DNA of 62,196 bases, the filler included, from Vannella sp. (taxonomy: Eukaryota), in assembly GCA_023345925.1 (NCBI GenBank). It is 6 parts of 6 records of this genome, joined end to end, with 100 filler letters (N's around TTAATTAATTAA, not from the genome) between each part and the next. Parts side by side here need not be neighbours in the genome. Positions count along the whole stretch, not along the records: positions 53,604 to 62,196 come from JAJQQN010001019.1; 5 more parts are not named here. One strand, given 5' to 3'. This document shows, in pieces, positions 55,924 through 62,196 of the stretch. Under the pieces are notes generated by a model, which worked only from the letters and a program-made list of their open reading frames with translations, ran no database searches and was not told the DNA's origin. Every line of letters begins with the position of its first letter. Positions within the stretch are counted from its first letter, which is position 1. A program made the translations under genes and the position numbers.

Positions 55924-58125
55924 TCAAAAGTAATCACCACAAGAGCATTGACCTTTGTGGAAGACGTGGAAACGAGTGGCATCCCGGATTACCATGCGAA
56001 GGGGAAGAATGCGCGTGATTGCTTTAGACAAAGCGTGACAATCTCCGCAAACTCGGAGATTGTTGGTAAGTCGCAGAGACGCTCCTTCTGGCAACACAAA
56101 AGTTCCCGTATCCGCTCGGTAATACGGGGCCATTGCAAAGGCTATCGCAAGCTTTTCTGAGTGGGTGCAAAGATTAGCTACCTTCTCTTCTTCAGAGCGA
56201 GCTTCGTGGCGAGTGACCACAGAAAGGTCAAATCGGTGCCCATTCTGGGTGGCTAATTGTAATAGTCTCTTTAAGACATCACGAATAGCTTCTGGATCCC
56301 GTCCATGTTGTTTTGTTTGATCATTCGCCACGAATTGGTGAATTTTACCCTCCACCTCGATAGTAGAAATCCCGGGTATCTTATTCAGTCCTTGATGCCT
56401 CATGGCATCTTGAATCTCTCTGGCTTTGTCAGGCTGTCCTGCAGATGCATAGATATTGGCCATCATAACATAAGAGGGAGGCGAGTGCAGTCCTTCGCCC
56501 CACATTTTTTGGCAGATCTTTTCGGCACGTTCGACATCGCCTCGGTTGCGGCATCCACCGAGAAGAGTCATCCATGTTGAATGATCCATTACTTTCATGC
56601 TATTTGCAAGCTCCTCTGCTTCATCCAGTTGCCCGGCCCTTGAGAGTACATCGACCATGCTATTGTAGTGTAACACGTCAGGCTCTATCTGGAGAGAACT
56701 GAGACTTCTAAAGAGGTTCCTGGCAGTTTCGACTTCTCCAGAGTGACTGCAAGCTAATAGCAGAGCAGCGATGGTTCGACTATTGGGGGAAATTTTACGC
56801 AGACGCATCTCTTCGAACAACTGATAACACTGTTCAAAGAGACCGAAAATGGCATAGACATTCATCATCGCAGTCAAAAGAATAACGTCAGCTGCATTCT
56901 TATTCTGGCTAAAGATCTCCTCAGCTGACTCCAGACAGCCACCTTTTCCGTACATGTTAATCAGAGCAGTTGCAATCCGGATATCAATGACTCTCTGAGC
57001 ACTTAGGAGTCGGTGCAAGAAAGATCCAAACGAATCCAAGGCATTGTGAGCCGTACAAGCGCTGATGATCTCTAAGTAAGAGGAAGTTACAAATGTTTGG
57101 AGCGCCCCTGATTTTTGGGCCTCCTCCATCATCGAACAAGCCTTCTGTGGTTCTAGTGTTCTAATAAAGTGGATAACTAAAGGAACAATACACATTTGGT
57201 GGCGAGCTGTGGAAGCAGGGAGAGAGTGAAACCACTTTTCTGCTGCAACTCCATCCCCAATGGCACAAAGAAAGCGCAGAGCTGCAGATGATACGATCAA
57301 ATTCCTTGAACTATGAGTTAGTTCAAGGAATTTGATCGTTTCATCTGATGAGCCGAAGACTTGGTCTTTGAAAACCATCCTCCCAAGTGACTCATTCAAT
57401 GTCTGAGTCGCAACAGTCAACAAAGTAGTAAGAGACTGCACCGAAGGAGAAATGCGTTTCCGCTTCATCGCTTCAAAGAGAAGCTCACATCGTCTGTCAT
57501 CGTTCCCAACCGCCAACGTTTTCAGCATTTGGCCACATGCTAGACTGTCCAACTCGAAGTTCTTCGAGCAAGCCACGTATACATCAAAGAGATCACCCAT
57601 TCTCACGCTATCCTGGGAGTCAGAGAATGCTGAGATGATCGTTTCTACCAATCGAGTGTCCAACAGAGTCGGATGGACTCGCAGGTCCGACCACAGTTGG
57701 TTGACAAGATCCTGCCGATGATGCTTGCGAGATACAGACACTAAGGACGCAAAGATGAACTTACTGGGAAGAGCAGCCGCGCGGAGCTGCTGGTACGCGG
57801 CCATGGCTTGATCAGGCGAGTTTTGGTTACCAAAAGCGCGTATGTAGTCCCCGCACACTCGATCAGAGGCATTTCCCTCCTTGATGGACGGCCTCCAATG
57901 AGAGAGCATCTCAGTCAGTAAAGAGGGGCTGAGCGGAGATCCTTGGTGCTTCAGGAACTGGCTGTGAGTCAGCGAAGAGCCCTTGGACGCCCCATTCACT
58001 GCATCCCACGCCTTGCGAGCACTATCGTCAGAGAAGCTCGAGGAATAGGTTGTCGAAGCAGGCTTTGAGCCCGAAGAGGAACGAAGTCTGCACGTCCCAA
58101 GAAGCCGAACTGTTCGAGGCAGCAT
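55924..58125 (-). CDS. PPR protein with E/E+ extension and DYW cytidine-deaminase domain (ends DYF); intronless
   Basis: ATALINMYGKGG, LLLACSHSG, HYNSMVDVLSRAGQLDEA, TWMTLLGGCR, SYVMMANIYASAG, PG box KIPGISTIEV, HSEKLAIAF (~56149-56163), NLRVCGDCH, IRDATRFHVF..GQCSCGDYF*. Confidence 0.95.
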   Translation of the reverse strand: MLPRTVRLLGTCRLRSSSGSKPASTTYSSSFSDDSARKAWDAVNGASKGSSLTHSQFLKHQGSPLSPSLLTEMLSHWRPSIKEGNASDRVCGDYIRAFGNQNSPDQAMAAYQQLRAAALPSKFIFASLVSVSRKHHRQDLVNQLWSDLRVHPTLLDTRLVETIISAFSDSQDSVRMGDLFDVYVACSKNFELDSLACGQMLKTLAVGNDDRRCELLFEAMKRKRISPSVQSLTTLLTVATQTLNESLGRMVFKDQVFGSSDETIKFLELTHSSRNLIVSSAALRFLCAIGDGVAAEKWFHSLPASTARHQMCIVPLVIHFIRTLEPQKACSMMEEAQKSGALQTFVTSSYLEIISACTAHNALDSFGSFLHRLLSAQRVIDIRIATALINMYGKGGCLESAEEIFSQNKNAADVILLTAMMNVYAIFGLFEQCYQLFEEMRLRKISPNSRTIAALLLACSHSGEVETARNLFRSLSSLQIEPDVLHYNSMVDVLSRAGQLDEAEELANSMKVMDHSTWMTLLGGCRNRGDVERAEKICQKMWGEGLHSPPSYVMMANIYASAGQPDKAREIQDAMRHQGLNKIPGISTIEVEGKIHQFVANDQTKQHGRDPEAIRDVLKRLLQLATQNGHRFDLSVVTRHEARSEEEKVANLCTHSEKLAIAFAMAPYYRADTGTFVLPEGASLRLTNNLRVCGDCHALSKAITRILPLRMVIRDATRFHVFHKGQCSCGDYF

Positions 58126-58209
58126 CCCAAATAATAATGAAGTGTTTCCAACATCTTCCTCAGTTTTGCAATTAATCCAAACGGACTGGTCTGCAAACTT
58201 GCCAGGTGA

Positions 58210-58322
58210 TAGGGTTTATGTCGTTAAACCCTAGATAGATGCCGTCCGCCCTCCTCCTCAGTCCAAGAGGGTCGCCCTTGAGCTTGAGAGTAACCGCTCT
58301 GGTCAACGAGGGCGGACGGCAT
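58210..58322. repeat. Two adjacent perfect inverted repeats (9 bp and 15 bp arms)
   Basis: TAGGGTTTA 58210-58218 / TAAACCCTA 58225-58233; ATGCCGTCCGCCCTC 58239-58253 / GAGGGCGGACGGCAT 58308-58322. Confidence 0.85.
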
Positions 58323-58659
58323 GTGCTTTCTCGTTCTTGATGCGGAGGGAAGTGTGGTTGTTGTCAGTTCTATCCTTTCGAAAGCTTCCTGAACTCCCTT
58401 TGTTTGGTGGCTGCTCGCCAGCCATGACAGCTGTGAAGGCGCAGGTCCGGTTCCAAAACGAGTGGAAGGTCTCCTTCAACCCTCAAGTTTGCTTGTGGTG
58501 GCAAAGCAATAGAGTAGCAGACCGAAGAAGGCCTCTGAGTGTTGAGAGACAACTCCAATGGCTCAACCAAACCCCACTTTGGTTCTCGAGGAACTCTTCT
58601 CTCTGTCACCAAGCCAAGGTAAAGCCACCCACTGTATGGGTGATAGGGAGTGCTGGGTG

Positions 58660-58683
58660 TGATTGGTCAGCTCTCCTGATTGG
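58660..58683. promoter_or_regulatory. Tandem reverse CCAAT boxes
   Basis: TGATTGG at 58660-58666 and CTGATTGG at 58676-58683, ~125 bp upstream of the ATG at 58806. Confidence 0.4.
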
Positions 58684-58805
58684 CCAGCTCTGACCACAAT
58701 GAGGGGAAATGAGAACTTGGTTGGAAGGGAAACGAAAAATCGTCCTAAGAAAGAGAACTCGACGAGTCCTTCATTATTTCTACACCGGTCGTACCTAACC
58801 ACCGT

Positions 58806-60077
58806 ATGCCCTTGAAAGCGATCATCCACCAAGACTCGATGGAAGCACTCCAGTCTATTGTAGGGTTCATGAATGCATCTACTGGCCCAAAGAGCCTCTT
58901 CTCTCGCAAGATCATCACCGCCCTCTTGGAGAAGTGTTCCAAGTGCGACTACCCAGAGAAGGAAGTCAAAGCCTTCCTCTCAGGCTTCCTCGCCACACCT
59001 CTCCAGACACCTAAGCCTGACTCTCGTGATAACAGGTTCGATCAAATCTCAGAAGCGGACAACATCTTCTTCTGGTTCATGAGTATCCCTTCCTTTCCCG
59101 AAACCATTGAGGTGTGTGGCTTCGTGCTGGCTTGTCCCACCAACGGGAAGACCTTGTTTGATTGCTATGTCCAAGGAAACATCATCCTCTCGAACGAGGA
59201 ACATCATTTCGCCTTCATGGAGTCCGATGGTGCCTGGAACGGAGAAGGAAAGATCATTCTGTTCCTTTCATCCTACACCGAGCCGCCAGCTGGTAGCACT
59301 TTCGAGCTCAGCAATGGCAACCTCTATCGGCACCTGGACGCCAGGAATGGGCTCTCTGATAGCTTCCAAGGATGGCTTTCTCGAAACCAACTGAACGTTG
59401 AGCCTCAGACAGTACTTGTCGAAGGAGATATGGCAGTAGAGGCATCTACAATACAACGATTCACCCCTGAGCAAGAGCAAATCACCCCTCAGCCAAAAGA
59501 AGTCATCCCTGAGCCAGAGCAAATCAGCCTTCAGCCAAAACAAGCCATCGCTGAGCCAGAACGAGCCTACCAAACCGATGAAGAGCTTGTTGAAACTATT
59601 AATGTGCTAACACAAGCGTTCCCTCAGCTAAAGCAAACCACCCCAAAGCCAGAATTTGCGCCACTTCACATCGCCCTCACCTACAAGGGTGGAAAGCCTC
59701 TCAAACGGGCTCTAGCGATGAAGCACGGAGAGCAGAAGGTGTTCAGCTGTTTTATTAGGAACGACGATGAACAATCCATCTCATTCGAAAACTATTCTGG
59801 TTCCTGGGTTTGCTACAAATCAACATCAACGGGAGAGTTGCGCATCTGTTCCGGTCTGGCTAATGCCAAACCCTTTGGCAAGTCTGCTGTGATTGCGATT
59901 CCTGCAATCACCGAACCAGGAAAGTATTCTTTACAAATTGTCTTGCAACCCAAGAGTGGCGCGATTCCGCCCGTTCCAATCCGAGAGTTCATCCTGCAGG
60001 TCATCTCACCACTGGGCAGCCCAGCACATTCGCTCTCCCCAGGAACAGAACCAGCCGCCAAAAAAAGAAGAGTCTGA
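58806..60077 (+). CDS. Uncharacterised 423-aa protein with C-terminal NLS-like motif
   Basis: Single ATG-initiated ORF; ends PAAKKRRV*. Confidence 0.65.
   Translation: MPLKAIIHQDSMEALQSIVGFMNASTGPKSLFSRKIITALLEKCSKCDYPEKEVKAFLSGFLATPLQTPKPDSRDNRFDQISEADNIFFWFMSIPSFPETIEVCGFVLACPTNGKTLFDCYVQGNIILSNEEHHFAFMESDGAWNGEGKIILFLSSYTEPPAGSTFELSNGNLYRHLDARNGLSDSFQGWLSRNQLNVEPQTVLVEGDMAVEASTIQRFTPEQEQITPQPKEVIPEPEQISLQPKQAIAEPERAYQTDEELVETINVLTQAFPQLKQTTPKPEFAPLHIALTYKGGKPLKRALAMKHGEQKVFSCFIRNDDEQSISFENYSGSWVCYKSTSTGELRICSGLANAKPFGKSAVIAIPAITEPGKYSLQIVLQPKSGAIPPVPIREFILQVISPLGSPAHSLSPGTEPAAKKRRV
59466..59560 (+). repeat. In-frame 42-bp imperfect tandem repeat (~2.3 copies)
   Basis: Encodes PEQEQITPQPKEVI / PEPEQISLQPKQAI / AEPE. 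Confidence 0.75.
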
Positions 60078-60659
60078 TCCCACACAGTGCGGTGTCACCA
60101 AATAGACGCTCCAGGAGGAGCTGGCCCTCACAGAAAAATCGCATAAATATAAAGAGTTCTTTGTACTGCAAAGGAAGAACATGGACTGAACGTATCCTGA
60201 CATCGCTGGATGGTGCCTTCGCAGAGTTCACCAAACCCGCCCACTCCGTTGAACAGTGCTGCTCAATTCGACTGGTACGTAATACGAATGATTCTCTGTT
60301 GTTAAGAGGGCTATTACTCGTTTCAAGTAAGTTGCCTCCAAACCAGGGATGGTCATGGCTAAGTTTTTAAAAGGAGCTGGGAGCAATAGCCATCCCGAAG
60401 ACACCCGAAATCCTTAGCGGCTCCAGAACCATAACCACAGCTGATAGATTAGGATCAAAGAACAATACTACTGAAGGATTTTAGGGATCCGTACACACGA
60501 TCACAGATGGCCGCACTGGGTGCAGTGTCAAGCCCCTCCTCGAGGACTCAGAAACAGAAGCAAGCGAGGCCGAAGATGGAGAGAGGGCGAGGTGGAGGAG
60601 CTTAGTGATCAAGTTTCAGAGGACTGACAGGAGTCTCTGCATTTCCATTTCTTGCGGGC

Positions 60660-61989
60660 ATGGCAATGCGGGTTGTAGTGGCCCTACTCTTCGCCATGAG
60701 TGCGATCCAGGCTCTCCCTCAGTAAGTTCTGGAGGTGAAATGAGGACAAGATTAACGTGAGTGAAGCTACTGTGGAGAAAACGAGCCTCCCGTTGTGCCT
60801 CCGTTGAGTAACAGTGACTTGGAGTTGCGGCAGGTCAACATTGTCTTCCGCCATGGTGATCGCATCATGTATCAGGACGTGCCTTGCTGGCCCAACGACT
60901 TGGGTGTCTTTGAATGTCAGGATCGCCACCTCTCCACCCCTTCCTTCTCCGAAAAGCAAACGCTCCAACACCGGTCGTGTCTTCCGCTTGAGTAGGTGAA
61001 GTGGAGTATCAAGAGGTACTAACGAGCTCTCAGAGTACATGCCAGGGCGCAACTACTACGCAGGGAACTGTGAGACTGGTCAATTGACGAACAAAGGCTG
61101 GACTCAAGAGCAAGACACTGGCTCGATGTACCGTCAAGTCTACGTGGAGAGCGGGTTCTTACCTTCCTCCTTTGACCCTTCCATCATCTACATGCGGTCA
61201 GATCAAGACGACCGCTGTGTCCAGTCCCTGCAGACCATGTTGGACGGCTTCTTTCCCAGCAGTGCCAGCTCCCCCGAGCTGGACATCTTCGACATCAACA
61301 CCCTTGACAAGTACTATGACAACATCAGTCCCAACTTCAACGTCTGTCCCATCCTCAAGCAGTACTTTGATGAGGCGTTTCTGACGCCTGAGTGGTTGGC
61401 CCACTACGACAAGTACACGCTCCCTCTCTTCGCCAAGCTGACCAAAGCACTCGGATATCCCGTTACCTCGTTGAGCACGTTCAATCAGATCCACGACTGC
61501 CTCTGTGTTCACGTGTGCAATGAGCAACCCATCCCTGCTGGAGTGACTCCCGCTTTGTATAACGCAGTCATGACCGAGATAGAGTACCAGTATCACACTA
61601 TCTATCACTATCCCACTCCAGTTGCCAATGCACAGGCCGGCATTGGGTTCTTGCTGGACGAAATGAAGGATTACATGCTCGCCGTCGTCACAAACTCCAC
61701 CAGCTTCCCGCAGTACAAGCTGACTTTGTGGAGCGGCCATGATACTACTTTGGTCCCTCTTCTAGTCGCCTTTAACCAGTGGAACGGCGTGTGGGCTCAA
61801 TATGCCTCTCAGATGCAGTTTGAAATTTATCAAAGTCGTTCTCAAGGCACCTACTCCATCCGCATTGCCTACAATGGCAAGAATCTGGTCTTGCCAGGCT
61901 GTGAGACGAAGTGTGCGATTGGGACACCTTTTACACTTTCCTTCTCACTCTTTTGCCCAACGGCAACTGCTAAATACCAACTTAACTAG
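60660..61989 (+). CDS. Secreted/lysosomal histidine acid phosphatase (branch 2), multi-exon; 3' end uncertain
   Basis: Signal MAMRVVVALLFAMSAIQA, catalytic VFRHGDR, GQLT..G, RS...RCVQS, SGHDTT. Confidence 0.88.
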
Positions 61990-62196
61990 GGTCTGGCCAC
62001 ACTTCTCTGGTGCACCTCTCTGGAATGGAACAAACTTTCCGGCTATCAGCCACTGTAATGAAACTAATGATAGGTATCCATAAGACTGGCATCTGTCTTC
62101 GTGATGATAAAGATCTTAAGGTCTCTATTTGAACGGTGTGACTGAGGGTCTTGGTCAGACTTTGGGCTCGGCCGACTTCTTCTTCCGTGGTTTCTT

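Noticed and set aside
58210..58234. Telomere
   Set aside because: Only two single telo-box-like units in inverted orientation, not a tandem array.
58239..58322. Hammerhead ribozyme or tRNA
   Set aside because: The minus strand has CUGAGGA but no correctly placed GAAA; there is no T-loop or cloverleaf consensus.
1..62196. CRISPR arrays, rRNA, tRNA, transposases, prokaryotic operons
   Set aside because: None recognisable by eye; the sequence is intron-containing eukaryotic DNA. A covariance-model scan would be needed to exclude small RNAs.

Overview
Eukaryotic nuclear DNA, not prokaryotic. The window holds six unrelated contigs (1-13822, 13923-20586, 20687-30158, 30259-36633, 36734-53503, 53604-62196) joined by artificial 100-nt spacers (44 N + TTAATTAATTAA + 44 N), so adjacency across spacers means nothing. 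The genome is very compact: standard code, short introns of about 45-75 nt (GT-AG plus some GC-AG), and head-to-head gene pairs often only 60-120 bp apart. Gene content (RasGEFs, DUF547 fusions, helicase-RdRP, DYW-PPR) suggests a heterotrophic protist, possibly an amoebozoan; this is inference. About 27 genes are recognisable. The ORF track misses NDUFA1 and PSMB3 and splits most other genes at introns. The best candidate for a new system is a ~2250-aa uninterrupted ORF (23230-29979, minus) joining a Dicer/RIG-I-like DExD/H helicase, a cellular RdRP (DLDGD), a degenerate Cid1/TUTase-like nucleotidyltransferase and a possible triphosphate-tunnel-like tail, followed by a decayed copy of its own 3' end. 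Other highlights: a PPR-E-DYW RNA-editing factor with a mitochondrial-type presequence, a RhoGAP-C1-peroxiredoxin fusion, an FKBP12-MYND fusion next to a Raptor carrying an HYNGHG->HYNGRG change, a C2-pseudoRasGAP-RGS-DUF547 protein, and an in-frame TAG inside a PH domain. All domain calls are by-eye motif recognition; no searches were run.
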